This document shows, one piece after another, positions 11,157 through 22,507 of a stretch of 64,000 nt of DNA; positions within the stretch are counted from its first letter, which is position 1, and every line of letters starts with the position of its first letter. This DNA comes from a virus. The DNA is taken from positions 77,062-141,061 of IMG/VR virus record IMGVR_UViG_3300021425_000008; one strand, written 5' to 3'. The translations under genes and the position numbers were made by a program. The notes below the pieces were generated by a model. That model ran no database searches and was not told the DNA's origin. It saw nothing but the letters and a program-made list of their open reading frames with translations.

Positions 11157-14100
11157 ATGCCACAGGAAACTAATCTCAATGTCGCTCCGTATTTTGACGA
11201 CTTTGATCCGCAGTCGAATTATTACAAGGTTTTATTTAAGCCTGGTTTCCCAGTTCAAGCAAGAGAACTGACTGGTCTGCAGTCTATTCTGCAAAATCAA
11301 GTTGAACAAATGGGCAACCATTTCTTCAAAGAAGGTGCGAAGGTAATTCCTGGTGATCTGACTTACATTAAAGATTATTATGGTATTCAAATTGAACCAG
11401 AATTCTTAGGTATTCCTGTTGGTATCTACCTGGATCAAATTCTTAATACAACAATTACTGGTGCTACTTCTGGTGTCACCGCAAAAGTCGTAAAATATAT
11501 TACAAACGAAGAATCGGAAAGAGGTGTATATACTCTTTATTTGAACTATGAAAACTCCGCAACTTCTGACGAAGAGGTTAGCACTTTCTTAAGTGGAGAA
11601 ATTTTATTAACAAGTAAGATTATTACATATGCATCAACCTTTATCTCAGCAGGTGAAGGTTTTGCAACTTCTATCCCATCAAATGCACCTATCATTGGTT
11701 CGTCATTCAACATTTCTGATGGTGTATATTTCTTAAGAGGGCATTTTGTCAATGTAAGTGCTGAGACTCTTATTCTTGATCAGTATAGTAATACTCCTTC
11801 CTACAGGGTTGGTTTGGATGTTATTGAAGAAATCGTATCTTCAGATATTGATCCAAATCTTGCAGATAATGCTCAAGGTTTCAATAATTTCACTGCTCCT
11901 GGTGCAGATAGATTAAAAATTGGTACATATCTCGCCAAGAAAGCACTAGACAATTTTGAAGATGCGAATTTTGTCCAATTGTCCGAAGTTAAGGACGGTA
12001 TACTTAGACTTGTAAATACAAATACTGACTACAATTTTATTGGTGATGAGTTTGCAAGAAGAACTTTCGATGAGTCAGGACATTATTATGTAAGGGCATT
12101 CAGAACAACTGTTAGAAATAGTCTAAACGATAACGAAGGAAACAGAGGTATATTTGAAGAGGGCCAAACCACTGATTATGGTCAAACACCAAATGACAAC
12201 CTAGGTATCTATAAGGTAAGTCCTGGTAAAGCATATGTTAAAGGATATGAGGTAGAGACAATTGCCCCTACACTGATTGACTTCTTCAAACCAAGAACAA
12301 AGAAGACTAATAAAAATCAGGCTGTAAACTTTGGTTTTGGACCAACTCTGACATTGAATAGAGTTTATGGTTCTGCGACTATTGGTATTAATACAGACGG
12401 ATCATTAAGTTTAAGAAGCGAAAGAGTAGGTTCTGATCAACTGGTAGCAGCAGGAAAAGAAATTGGTGTTGCTAGAGTATATGACTTTGCTCTTGAGTCT
12501 GGTTCTTATGACTCAAGTATTCCCAACATCAATCAATGGGACCTCTCATTGTTTGACATTCAAACATATTCTGATATTTCAGTAAATGAACCTGTCACAC
12601 TTACAACATCGACTCACATCAAAGGTGAGTCGAGTGGTGCTACAGGATTCCTGAAGTACAATGTATCTGCAGGAACGGCACTAACTGCTTATGGTGTCAA
12701 TGGAAACTTCCACAGAGGTGAGAGACTTCTGTTCAATGGAGTTTTGGATGATGCAAGATTCGTAACAGATGATACTAATTATTCATTATCGGATGTAAAA
12801 TCGGTCCATGGTATTGTAGGTACTGCAAATACATTTACTGGAGACCTTGTTCAAGATTCTGTTCGTAATTTTGGTTCTGCAAATGTTGCTGCAGCAAGTG
12901 GTTCTCAGTCAAAAGTCTCTATCCCTGCCGATGCTGGATTTACTTTTGTTGGAATTGTTACCGTAGGCAATCTTGTCAGTTATTCAAGAGATTCACTCGA
13001 CATCCAAAGTTTTGGTAGAGTTGTTAGTGTTGCAACAACTAATTTTGACATTGAGGCTGTTCAAACCGTAAATGGCGTATGTAATGGTGCTCTTCCAACA
13101 TCATCCGAAACTGTTCAGAACTTGAAATTAATTTCAACTAAAGTTTCTGGTGGACCTGGGTCTGGTAATATTGCTAGTAATGAAGCATTATACAGTACAT
13201 TACCTAAACTCAATATCAGTGATGTAAGTCTTGTAGGTTCTGATATTACAATCAGAAGACAATATACTACTAATATTTCAAATAATTCTACTGCCGCAAT
13301 CAATGCAGGAGATAATGAAGTATTCTTACCATTTGACGAAGAAAGATATACTCTTATCAGATCGGACGGTACGACTGAAATTTTAACAGAGGATAAGATC
13401 TCTCTGACAAATGGATCAACAACTTTGACTATCAATGGTCTAGGTACAAATGATAGTGGTTCACGATTGATTACTACTCTCAGAAAGACTAACCTTAAAT
13501 CAAAAGTTAAAACAAGAAGTATCGCTAAAGATCTTGTTATTAGTAAGTCTAAAGATTCTGCATCTGGTATTGGCTCTACAACCTTAAATGATGGTCTTGT
13601 ATATGGAGACTATCCATATGGAACTAGAGTTCAGGATGAAGTAATTTCACTAAACATACCAGATGTATATAAGATCTATGGTATTTTTGAATCTGAAGAT
13701 AACAGTGATCCAGTTGCTCCTAATATGACTTTAGGACAACTTGATGGTGAAACTTCGACCACTAATGATCTGATTATAGGCGAAACTTTAATCGGTCAGA
13801 CAAGTGGTGCAAAAGGTATATTATTATCGAAAATTGATGATACACAGGTTGTTTTTACATACTTAAACAGCACAAGCTTTTCTAACAATGAAGTTATTAA
13901 ATTCAAAACTTCAAATGTAAATGGTGTTTCGTCTGGTGTTAAGGCTGGTTCTAAGGAAATAACTGCCGACTTTAAATTTGATAATGGTCAAAGACAATCA
14001 ATCTATGATTACTCTCGTATATTGAGAAAGTCTGAGGTACCAGTACCTGCAAGAAAAATCAGAGTTTATTTTGCATCTGCAGGATATCAAGACTCTGATG

Positions 14101-17100
14101 ATGGTGACATCACCACAATCAATTCTTACGAAGGATTCGATTATACTAAGGATATTGGTGTGATCGGAAATTCTAGAGTCTCTGATATTATTGATGCAAG
14201 ACCAAGAGTCACCGAATATTCAATCTCCGAAGGGGCAAACTCTCCATTCGAATTCAGTGGTAGAACTTTTGAAGATGGTCAAAATGGTAGAACACACAGT
14301 TCATCCCACATCTTGGCATCTGATGAATCTATGACTCTTGATTATTCCTATTTCTTAGGAAGAATCGATAGATTATACGTAGATACCACTGGTCGAATTG
14401 GTGTAGCTCAAGGTGCACCTGACGATAATCCAAAGGCACCTGATCCAATTAGCAATTGTATGAATATTGCTACGGTGTATCTCCCAGCATATCTTTATAA
14501 TACTTCTGACGCTCAAGTATCATTTATTGATCATAAGAGATATCAGATGAGTGATATCGCTAAACTTGAGCAAAGAATTGCAAGTCTTGAATATTATACA
14601 TCACTGAGTTTAATGGAGACTCAGACTCTCAACCTGTTTGTCAGTGATGCTAATGGACTTAATAGATTTAAGTCTGGAATATTTGTAGATAACTTCTCTA
14701 CCCTTGCACCTCAAGATACAACAATTGGTATCAGAAATGCCATTGATAGAAAAAATGGTATCTTGAGACCAGCTCACTATACCACTGCACTAAATCTTCA
14801 ACTTGCTACTAATGCAATCAGTGGTGTTGGAACAACCTCCAATACAAGTCAAGATGCTGAATTTGCAGATCCTGTAGGTGTTAACGTAAGAAGAACTGGT
14901 CAAATGGTAACACTTGACTATTCTGATGTTGAGTGGTTGAATCAACCATTTGCAACAAGAGTTGAGAACGTCACACCATACCTGGTTCAATTCTGGCAAG
15001 GAAACATTGAATTGATCCCAGATGTTGATGTCTGGATTGACACCACTCTGTTGGAAGTCAATAGTGTCATGATGGAAGGTTCTTTCCAAGGTATTGTAGA
15101 AGCACTTGGTGCAGAAATCACTACAAATGCAGATGGTCAGAGTGTAGGTGTTACTCCAATTATTTGGAACTCCTGGGAAACGACTGGTGTCAACTTGGAT
15201 ATATCCTTGGATAACCAAGTCAATCAGAGTACATCAACATCCCAGAACACAGTTTCTTCAAACGCTTCTACCAACTTTGGTGATGGTGGTAGTGCCAGTG
15301 TTGGTATTGATATTGCCCAAACAACCACAACGACAACTACAACAAATAATATTACTGCAACATCATCAATCTCCCTTAATCAACAACAAACTGGTGTTCA
15401 ACATACAATTACTGAGAATATTGATACTGAATCACTTGGTACTAACGTGATTAATACTGAGATCATCAACTTTATGAGATCTCGTAATATTAATTTTGAT
15501 GGAAGATCATTCAAACCATTTACTAGACTATATTCATTCTTTGATTCTGTCGATGTTACAAAATTCTGTACTCCAAAACTAATTGAAATTGAAATGCAGC
15601 ATGGTACGTTTACCATCGGAGAGACTGTAGTTGGTACAATGAACAATGGTGGTTCAGTGGCAAATAATACTGATTCCATTCCAGAAATTACATTTAGAGT
15701 TGCCAATTCAAATCATAAGTTTGGTCCCTTCTCTGCACCTGAAGACATTTACATCACTAACCCATACAATCGTGACCTTACTATTCCTGCAAATTATTCG
15801 GAATCATCAACAATCCTCAATGTAGACCTCTTTAGTCTACAGTCTCAGGATACACCAGAATTCTATGGCTGGATTGAAACTGACATGATCTTAACGGGTC
15901 AAACCAGTGGTGCTCAGGCAAGGGTTACAAATAGAAGAATTACATCTGATAGAGTTGGTACTATTCAGGGTTCGTTCTGTGTTCCACCTACTGGCAATTC
16001 TGCAAATCCAACATTTGAAGCTGGAACATCTTCATTCAGACTTACAAACAGTAGCACGAATAGCTCAATCGAAGGTGTAACAACCACCGCTGGTGACGCA
16101 CTTTTCTATTCACAAGGTACTCTTCAAACTACTCAAGAGACCACGTTGTCTCTTAAGAATGCATCAGTCGTCACACAAGACTTTGTTCAGTTCCAGACTA
16201 TTAGAGACACTGCAACATCTAATACTATTCAAGTTATCTCTACAGATACGAATACTCAAATTACAGATGTTGACCTTGATATTGACGTTGAGGCTCCTGA
16301 TCCCCCAGAACCAATCGTTATTGTTGAACCAGCACCAGCTCCACCTGCTGGTGGTGGAAATGGTGGTGGTGACCCACTGGCTCAAACATTCACAGTTGAT
16401 GATAAGACAGGTATCTTTGTCACGAAGGTTGACTTCTACTTTAGAACAAAGGGCGAAAGTGCTCCTGTAATATTCCACATCAGAGAAACAACACTTGGTA
16501 CACCAAATGCTAGAGTTCTTCCTTTCTCTGAAGTATCACTTGATCCAGACAAGATCAACCTCAGTGAAGACGGTACAGTAGCAACGACTTTCCAATTCCC
16601 ATCACCAGTCTATCTTGAGGGAGAGACTGAATATGCGATGGTCTTGATGTCTCACTCAACAGACTATACCGTCTATATTAGTAGACTTGGTGAAGCAGAC
16701 ATCACTACATTAGGTGGTGGTGAGTCTGATCAGGTTATTGTATCAGAACAGCCTCTCCTTGGTTCGTTGTTCAAGTCACAAAACGCTTCTGTTTGGACAC
16801 CAAGTCAATATGAAGACCTTAAGTTCAAACTCTATAGAGCTAATTTCAAACAATCTGGTAGTGTTTCTTTCTTCAACCCAAGATTGCCAGATTCTCTTGG
16901 TGTAGTCGATACAAATGGACTTTCACTTGAGCCAAGACAAATTAGAGTCGGACTTGGTACAACTGTCAATGATGCCAGTGTACCTGAAAGACTAACACTT
17001 GGTAATACCGTCAAACAGTTAAGTATTGGAGCACAAGGTACTCTTGTTGCTTTAGCTGGTTCTGCAACAGGTGATCTTTCACTTACAAACGTTGGTGCTG

Positions 17101-18860
17101 GATATACACCTTCATCTGGTGGATTTACTTACACTGGTGTTGCACTTACGGCAATTACGGGTAAGGGTATAAACGGTACTGCAGATATCACCATCCAAAA
17201 TGGTGTTGCAATTGGTGCAACAATTAGAGCAGGAGGTAGTGGTTATGTTGTTGGTGATGTATTGACTCCAGTTAGTGTTGGTTCTCTTGATCTTGGATCT
17301 AATATTCAACTTTCAGTACAAGAAATTCTTGGAAACAACACTCTTGTTCTCGAAAATGTTCAGGGTAACTTCTCTACCAGTTCTGCATATCCATTGTATT
17401 ATGAAAACAATGTTGGTTTCACTACAGAACTCAACGGTGTTGGTGGAAATGTCGTTCCTACATCACCAATTGCTATTACTCATCAGGGTGATTACATTAG
17501 AGTATTCAAGAGAAATCATGGTTTGTACTCTAATGTCAACAGGGTCACTATTTCAGACACAAGAAGTGATGTAACTCCAAGTACTCTTGCACAGCAATAT
17601 ACGTTCGATACAACATCCTTCATTACTCTCGAAGGTGTAGCAACTAATTATGAAACATTTGAAAATCTTGGAGTTGGTGGCACCAATCCTGGATACGTGA
17701 AGATTGGTAATGAAATCATTAGTTACACAGGTACTTCTGGAAGAACACTCACTGGTATCACCAGAGGTGTTGATAATACTACGATCGCAACCCATGCAGC
17801 TGATGAATTGGTATACAAGTATGAGTTGAATGGTGTATCACTTAGAAGAATTAATAGAGAACATCAACTGATTCAGGTAAATGCATCTGACCTTGAAGAA
17901 GCACCAATTGGACTTGATTACTACTATGTGAAAATTCAAATGAATGCCAATGGTACCAACAGAGCACCATCAAACTCTGAAGGATTCCCCCCACTTTACT
18001 TCAACGAGAGAAAGGTTGCTGGTGGTCCTGATGTGAAGTCTACTTATAACTTACCGTTCCATTTGATTACCCCAAGAGTCACAAACATCACACCTCTTGG
18101 AACAACTTTGATCTCTCAGGCTAGAACAGTCAGTGCATCAAGTGTTTCTGGCAATCAAGAGAATATGATTGATCAGGGATATCAGAGAGTTAATCTGTTT
18201 AACGAGAATTATTTTGATTCTCTTAGAATGGTTTCATCTGCAAGAAATGAGGAACTCTTATTAGATTCTGATCTCTTCCCTGGAGACAGATCATTCTCTA
18301 TGTTATTCAATCTTGTAACAACAGATACAAGATTAAGTCCAGCAATTGACCTTGATAATGCATCTGTCGTATTCACATCTAACAGAGTTAATCAACCTAT
18401 CACCAACTACGCTGATGACTTTAGGGTGGCTACAACAACAGATGATCCAAATAGATTCTTCTATGTTTCTAAGAACATTGTTTTAGAAAATCCTGCAACA
18501 TCTCTTGAAGTCTTGTTGGATGGATACTGTACAACTAGAAATGACATTAGAGTCTTCTATTCTGTTGATCAAGATGCACCTGTTGATGAAACAGTCTTTA
18601 TTCCTTTCCCTGGATATGCAAATCTTGGTTCGAATGGTCAAGTTCTTGATCGTGGTAATAGTAATGGAACTCCTGATGAGTTTGTTCCTAAGAGAGACTC
18701 TTACGAGACCAATCCGTCACCAAACCTCTTCAGAGAATACCAGTACACTGTTGACGATTTAGTATCCTTTAGATCTTTCAGAATCAAGGTTATTGGTACT
18801 TCTACCGATCAGGCAGTTGCACCAATGATTAGAAACCTCAGAGCAATAGCATTAGCATAA
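11157..18860 (+). CDS. Large virion structural protein, DUF4815/VrlC-like
   Basis: MPQETNLNVAPYFDDFD...VLFKPGFPVQARELT start, APGADRLKI, RFKSGIFVDNF and DPLAQTF motifs. Confidence 0.85.
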   Translation: MPQETNLNVAPYFDDFDPQSNYYKVLFKPGFPVQARELTGLQSILQNQVEQMGNHFFKEGAKVIPGDLTYIKDYYGIQIEPEFLGIPVGIYLDQILNTTITGATSGVTAKVVKYITNEESERGVYTLYLNYENSATSDEEVSTFLSGEILLTSKIITYASTFISAGEGFATSIPSNAPIIGSSFNISDGVYFLRGHFVNVSAETLILDQYSNTPSYRVGLDVIEEIVSSDIDPNLADNAQGFNNFTAPGADRLKIGTYLAKKALDNFEDANFVQLSEVKDGILRLVNTNTDYNFIGDEFARRTFDESGHYYVRAFRTTVRNSLNDNEGNRGIFEEGQTTDYGQTPNDNLGIYKVSPGKAYVKGYEVETIAPTLIDFFKPRTKKTNKNQAVNFGFGPTLTLNRVYGSATIGINTDGSLSLRSERVGSDQLVAAGKEIGVARVYDFALESGSYDSSIPNINQWDLSLFDIQTYSDISVNEPVTLTTSTHIKGESSGATGFLKYNVSAGTALTAYGVNGNFHRGERLLFNGVLDDARFVTDDTNYSLSDVKSVHGIVGTANTFTGDLVQDSVRNFGSANVAAASGSQSKVSIPADAGFTFVGIVTVGNLVSYSRDSLDIQSFGRVVSVATTNFDIEAVQTVNGVCNGALPTSSETVQNLKLISTKVSGGPGSGNIASNEALYSTLPKLNISDVSLVGSDITIRRQYTTNISNNSTAAINAGDNEVFLPFDEERYTLIRSDGTTEILTEDKISLTNGSTTLTINGLGTNDSGSRLITTLRKTNLKSKVKTRSIAKDLVISKSKDSASGIGSTTLNDGLVYGDYPYGTRVQDEVISLNIPDVYKIYGIFESEDNSDPVAPNMTLGQLDGETSTTNDLIIGETLIGQTSGAKGILLSKIDDTQVVFTYLNSTSFSNNEVIKFKTSNVNGVSSGVKAGSKEITADFKFDNGQRQSIYDYSRILRKSEVPVPARKIRVYFASAGYQDSDDGDITTINSYEGFDYTKDIGVIGNSRVSDIIDARPRVTEYSISEGANSPFEFSGRTFEDGQNGRTHSSSHILASDESMTLDYSYFLGRIDRLYVDTTGRIGVAQGAPDDNPKAPDPISNCMNIATVYLPAYLYNTSDAQVSFIDHKRYQMSDIAKLEQRIASLEYYTSLSLMETQTLNLFVSDANGLNRFKSGIFVDNFSTLAPQDTTIGIRNAIDRKNGILRPAHYTTALNLQLATNAISGVGTTSNTSQDAEFADPVGVNVRRTGQMVTLDYSDVEWLNQPFATRVENVTPYLVQFWQGNIELIPDVDVWIDTTLLEVNSVMMEGSFQGIVEALGAEITTNADGQSVGVTPIIWNSWETTGVNLDISLDNQVNQSTSTSQNTVSSNASTNFGDGGSASVGIDIAQTTTTTTTTNNITATSSISLNQQQTGVQHTITENIDTESLGTNVINTEIINFMRSRNINFDGRSFKPFTRLYSFFDSVDVTKFCTPKLIEIEMQHGTFTIGETVVGTMNNGGSVANNTDSIPEITFRVANSNHKFGPFSAPEDIYITNPYNRDLTIPANYSESSTILNVDLFSLQSQDTPEFYGWIETDMILTGQTSGAQARVTNRRITSDRVGTIQGSFCVPPTGNSANPTFEAGTSSFRLTNSSTNSSIEGVTTTAGDALFYSQGTLQTTQETTLSLKNASVVTQDFVQFQTIRDTATSNTIQVISTDTNTQITDVDLDIDVEAPDPPEPIVIVEPAPAPPAGGGNGGGDPLAQTFTVDDKTGIFVTKVDFYFRTKGESAPVIFHIRETTLGTPNARVLPFSEVSLDPDKINLSEDGTVATTFQFPSPVYLEGETEYAMVLMSHSTDYTVYISRLGEADITTLGGGESDQVIVSEQPLLGSLFKSQNASVWTPSQYEDLKFKLYRANFKQSGSVSFFNPRLPDSLGVVDTNGLSLEPRQIRVGLGTTVNDASVPERLTLGNTVKQLSIGAQGTLVALAGSATGDLSLTNVGAGYTPSSGGFTYTGVALTAITGKGINGTADITIQNGVAIGATIRAGGSGYVVGDVLTPVSVGSLDLGSNIQLSVQEILGNNTLVLENVQGNFSTSSAYPLYYENNVGFTTELNGVGGNVVPTSPIAITHQGDYIRVFKRNHGLYSNVNRVTISDTRSDVTPSTLAQQYTFDTTSFITLEGVATNYETFENLGVGGTNPGYVKIGNEIISYTGTSGRTLTGITRGVDNTTIATHAADELVYKYELNGVSLRRINREHQLIQVNASDLEEAPIGLDYYYVKIQMNANGTNRAPSNSEGFPPLYFNERKVAGGPDVKSTYNLPFHLITPRVTNITPLGTTLISQARTVSASSVSGNQENMIDQGYQRVNLFNENYFDSLRMVSSARNEELLLDSDLFPGDRSFSMLFNLVTTDTRLSPAIDLDNASVVFTSNRVNQPITNYADDFRVATTTDDPNRFFYVSKNIVLENPATSLEVLLDGYCTTRNDIRVFYSVDQDAPVDETVFIPFPGYANLGSNGQVLDRGNSNGTPDEFVPKRDSYETNPSPNLFREYQYTVDDLVSFRSFRIKVIGTSTDQAVAPMIRNLRAIALA

Positions 18861-19093
18861 TGACAAATTTGATTCCAGTTGAAGGTATGGACGGGTATTA
18901 TAGGGATGCCCGTTCTGGTGCCGTTGTCAATAAAAATAAAAATGACTTTGAGTCGTATGTGAAACGTCGTGAAGCATTAACCAATCAACAACAAAGTTTC
19001 TTTGATTTACAAGACGAAGTTGAAAACTTGAAAACTGATGTGAATGATATCAAGAATATGCTTCATACTATCACGGATTTATTAAATAAATAG
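18860..19093 (+). CDS. Small conserved hypothetical protein with coiled-coil C-terminus
   Basis: TAATG overlap with the previous gene; YRDARSGAVVN motif; usual position before gp13. Confidence 0.75.
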   Translation: MTNLIPVEGMDGYYRDARSGAVVNKNKNDFESYVKRREALTNQQQSFFDLQDEVENLKTDVNDIKNMLHTITDLLNK

Positions 19094-19117
19094 ACATATA
19101 GATAGGTCTAATTATAG

Positions 19118-19981
19118 ATGGCACAGCCAAGTACTAGACAAGAACTTATTGATTATTGTTTGAGACAGTTGGGTGCTCCTGTATTGGAGATCAACGTTGC
19201 AGATGAACAAATCGAAGATCTTGTAGATGATGCCATCCAGTATTTCCAAGAGAGACACTTTGATGGTGTAGGACAAACATATCTCAAGTATCAAATCACT
19301 CAGGCTGATGTTGATAGAGGAAAGGCAAGACCTCCAGGTGCACCTTCTGCAGGTTCATCGGTTGGTATTGCTTCGACATCAGCAAGTACTAATATCGTAG
19401 GAACTGCAACAACATACACATACTACGAAAATAGTAACTTTCTTCAGATCCCACCTAACGTTATCGGGATCAACAAAGTATTTCAATACGATGATGCTCA
19501 ATCAATTAGCTCATCGAACATGTTCAGTTTCAAGTATCAACTGTTCCTGAACGATATCTACTACTGGGGTAACACAGATTTGTTAAGTTACTCAATGGCT
19601 ATGTCGTATTTGGAAACGATGAACTTCCTTCTGAATACACATAAACAGATCAGATTCAATCAAAGAAAAGATAGGATGTATCTTGATGTTGATTGGAGTA
19701 ACCTGAGAGTCGGTGAGTTTATTATTATCGATTGTTGGAGAACTGCTGATCCTAATGACTATCCAAGAGTTTACAATGATTCTTTCTTGAAACCATATCT
19801 AACATCACTTATCAAGAGACAGTGGGGTCAGAACCTGATTAAATTCCAAGGAGTCAAATTGCCTGGTGGTATTGAGTTCAATGGAAGACAATTATATGAC
19901 GATGCACAAGCAGAACTCGATCGTATTCAGGAGAGAATGTTGAGCACATATGAGTTACCACCTCTTGACATGATAGGGTGA
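19118..19981 (+). CDS. gp13: Neck protein gp13
   Basis: RQELIDYCLRQLGAPVLEINV, KRQWGQNLIKF and LPGGIEFNG motifs. Confidence 0.95.
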   Translation: MAQPSTRQELIDYCLRQLGAPVLEINVADEQIEDLVDDAIQYFQERHFDGVGQTYLKYQITQADVDRGKARPPGAPSAGSSVGIASTSASTNIVGTATTYTYYENSNFLQIPPNVIGINKVFQYDDAQSISSSNMFSFKYQLFLNDIYYWGNTDLLSYSMAMSYLETMNFLLNTHKQIRFNQRKDRMYLDVDWSNLRVGEFIIIDCWRTADPNDYPRVYNDSFLKPYLTSLIKRQWGQNLIKFQGVKLPGGIEFNGRQLYDDAQAELDRIQERMLSTYELPPLDMIG

Positions 19982-19987
19982 TGACAT

Positions 19988-21460
19988 ATGTTAAATCCCT
20001 TTTTTCTAAACGGTACTAGATCCGAACAAAACCTAATCCAGAGTCTTGTCAACGAACAGTTGCAGATGTATGGTGTGGAAGTATATTATCTTCCAAGAAC
20101 TTATGCTACAACCAATTCAATTATAAAGGAAGTAATTGAATCTGAGTTTAAGAATGCATATCCATTAGAAGCATATATCGATAATTACGAAGGATATACT
20201 GGACAAGGAACAATCTTATCAAAATTTGGTATTGAAAATAGAGATGATCTTCAGTTGATCATTTCGAAAGAAAGATTTGAAAACTATATTGCACCACTGA
20301 CTGAAGGTCTTTCCAACATGGAACTGACTGACAGACCTAAAGAGGGTGACCTTATTTACTTCCCACTAGGAGATAGACTTTTTGAGATTAAGTTTGTTGA
20401 ACACGAACAACCATTCTATCAACTTAAGAAGACATATATCTATGAGTTGAGATGTGAACTCTTTAGATATGAAGACGAAGTTATCGATACTGGTGTTGAT
20501 ACAATCGACGACGAGATTGCACAAATTGGTTATATTCAAACTTTGAATTTGATTGGTGTTGGATCTACTGCAATAGCAGAAGTGGACTGGTGTGCTACAG
20601 GTGCAGTCAATGAAATCACAATTCAAAACATGGGTAAGGGATTTACTGCCCAACCCGTAGTCGGTTTCTCTTCAGCACCTCCAGGTGGAGTTACTGCAAC
20701 AGGTATTGCCTCCGTCTCTTATGCATATCCTGCGTGTGATGGTAAGTCTGGAAGAGTATCTGCAATTCACATCACAAATGCTGGTTGTGGATATACTGTC
20801 CCACCAGCAATCACGGTGAATGGTGGTGGTGGATCTGGATTTGCTGCAACCACTGGTATCTCTACTGCTGGTTCTATTCAGGCTATCAGAGTTACAAATG
20901 GTGGTTCTGGTTACTACAAAGCTCCAACTGTTTCTATTGGTAATAGTTCTGGTACGTATCCTATCTTCGATTCTTCGATAGTCTATAGCTTTGATGCTAA
21001 CACGTTTACGTTCGACTCAGCATTCCCACGTCCAACAAGAGATGCAGTCGGTCTTGCAACTATTTCTGCTTCTGGTATTGTTACTGCGGTATATGTTATC
21101 GAAGGTGGTGAAGGATATGACCATCCACCACAAGTCACACTTTCTGGTCCTGCAGTCAATAATGTTGTTTCTGTTGGTGGGACGTTTATATTCAATGAGG
21201 TTGTCACTGGATCTATTTCAAGCACCACTGCAAGAGTCAAGGAATGGGATGGTGTCAACGATATCATGGAGGTAAGTATTGTAGATGGTTACTTCCAGGT
21301 TGGTGAGGTATTGACTGGTCAAGATTCTGGTGCTAAGTACGTCATTGGTGGAACAAATGATGATGATCTTGTCGATCCATATGCAGACAATGACAATATT
21401 GAAATCGAGGCTGACACTATCATTGACTTCTCACAAAGTAATCCATTTGGAATGCCTTGA
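19988..21460 (+). CDS. gp14: Neck/head-closure protein gp14 with internal beta-repeat insertion
   Basis: GVEVYYLPR, SKFG, RPKEGDLIYFP, FYQL and C-terminal NPFG. Confidence 0.92.
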   Translation: MLNPFFLNGTRSEQNLIQSLVNEQLQMYGVEVYYLPRTYATTNSIIKEVIESEFKNAYPLEAYIDNYEGYTGQGTILSKFGIENRDDLQLIISKERFENYIAPLTEGLSNMELTDRPKEGDLIYFPLGDRLFEIKFVEHEQPFYQLKKTYIYELRCELFRYEDEVIDTGVDTIDDEIAQIGYIQTLNLIGVGSTAIAEVDWCATGAVNEITIQNMGKGFTAQPVVGFSSAPPGGVTATGIASVSYAYPACDGKSGRVSAIHITNAGCGYTVPPAITVNGGGGSGFAATTGISTAGSIQAIRVTNGGSGYYKAPTVSIGNSSGTYPIFDSSIVYSFDANTFTFDSAFPRPTRDAVGLATISASGIVTAVYVIEGGEGYDHPPQVTLSGPAVNNVVSVGGTFIFNEVVTGSISSTTARVKEWDGVNDIMEVSIVDGYFQVGEVLTGQDSGAKYVIGGTNDDDLVDPYADNDNIEIEADTIIDFSQSNPFGMP

Positions 21461-21498
21461 TACAAATCTGTTAAATAGAGGTATATACCTGTAAAATA

Positions 21499-22500
21499 AT
21501 GTTTGAGTATTTTTACAACGAGATCTTTAGATCTGTTATCATTGGTTTTGGATCAATGTTTAACGGTATACAGATCAAACACAAAGATGACTCTGATGAT
21601 ACCACAAGTATTATAAAGGTTCCTCTTGCATATGGTCCTACTCAGAAGTTTCTTGCAAGGTTGAATCAGAACCCTGATCTGAATCATCCGACACAGATGA
21701 CACTTCCAAGAATGTCATTTGAGTTTACCAATCTTGCTTACGATCCTTCACGTAAGACTACTCAAACACAACAGATGGTTGTCAAATCCTTGGATGGAAC
21801 TGAGGAAAGAAAGACCTATCTACCTGTTCCATATAATATGACGATTGTCCTTTCAGTTTACACAAAACTGAATGATGACATGTTGCAGATCGTAGAACAA
21901 ATCGTTCCATATTTTCAACCAGGTTACACTCTCCCGATTAAATTCCTTGGTAATTTTAATGAGGTAAGAAATGTCCCTGTTGTCTTAGACAACATTGATA
22001 TGTCAGATGAATATGAGGGGAACTTCGATACAAGAAGAGCTCTTCTGTATACATTCACATTCACCGTCAAGACCATGGTCTTCGGTCCTCTCAGAGACGT
22101 TTCCAGCGATATCATCAAAAAGGTTTCTATCGGATACGTTACTGGCAATAAGGGTGGTAATCAGTACGAGAGAGATATTACATATCAGGTCACACCAAGA
22201 GCGCTCAAAGAATATGATGGTGTAGTTGCAACACTTCTCGCAGAAAACGTTGATATGAGTGAGACTGTGATTGATGTTGAGAATGGTTCAGCAATCTCTG
22301 AAGGATCTTACATCTATGTGGATCAGGAGGAGATGTATGTAGAGACGGTTTCAGACAATAAGATTCTCGTCAGGAGAGCTCAAGATAGGACACCTCTTCA
22401 GAATCATGTCAGTGGAACAAAGGTCTTTAATATTAACGCTGCCGATAATGCCATGATTGAACTCGGAGATGACTTCGGGTTTGATGGTACTATTTTGTGA
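21499..22500 (+). CDS. gp15: Tail sheath stabiliser/terminator gp15
   Basis: KVPLAYGPTQKFLAR, LPRMSFE, PVPYN and QIVEQIVPYFQP. Confidence 0.95.
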   Translation: MFEYFYNEIFRSVIIGFGSMFNGIQIKHKDDSDDTTSIIKVPLAYGPTQKFLARLNQNPDLNHPTQMTLPRMSFEFTNLAYDPSRKTTQTQQMVVKSLDGTEERKTYLPVPYNMTIVLSVYTKLNDDMLQIVEQIVPYFQPGYTLPIKFLGNFNEVRNVPVVLDNIDMSDEYEGNFDTRRALLYTFTFTVKTMVFGPLRDVSSDIIKKVSIGYVTGNKGGNQYERDITYQVTPRALKEYDGVVATLLAENVDMSETVIDVENGSAISEGSYIYVDQEEMYVETVSDNKILVRRAQDRTPLQNHVSGTKVFNINAADNAMIELGDDFGFDGTIL

Positions 22501-22507
22501 GGTGAGT

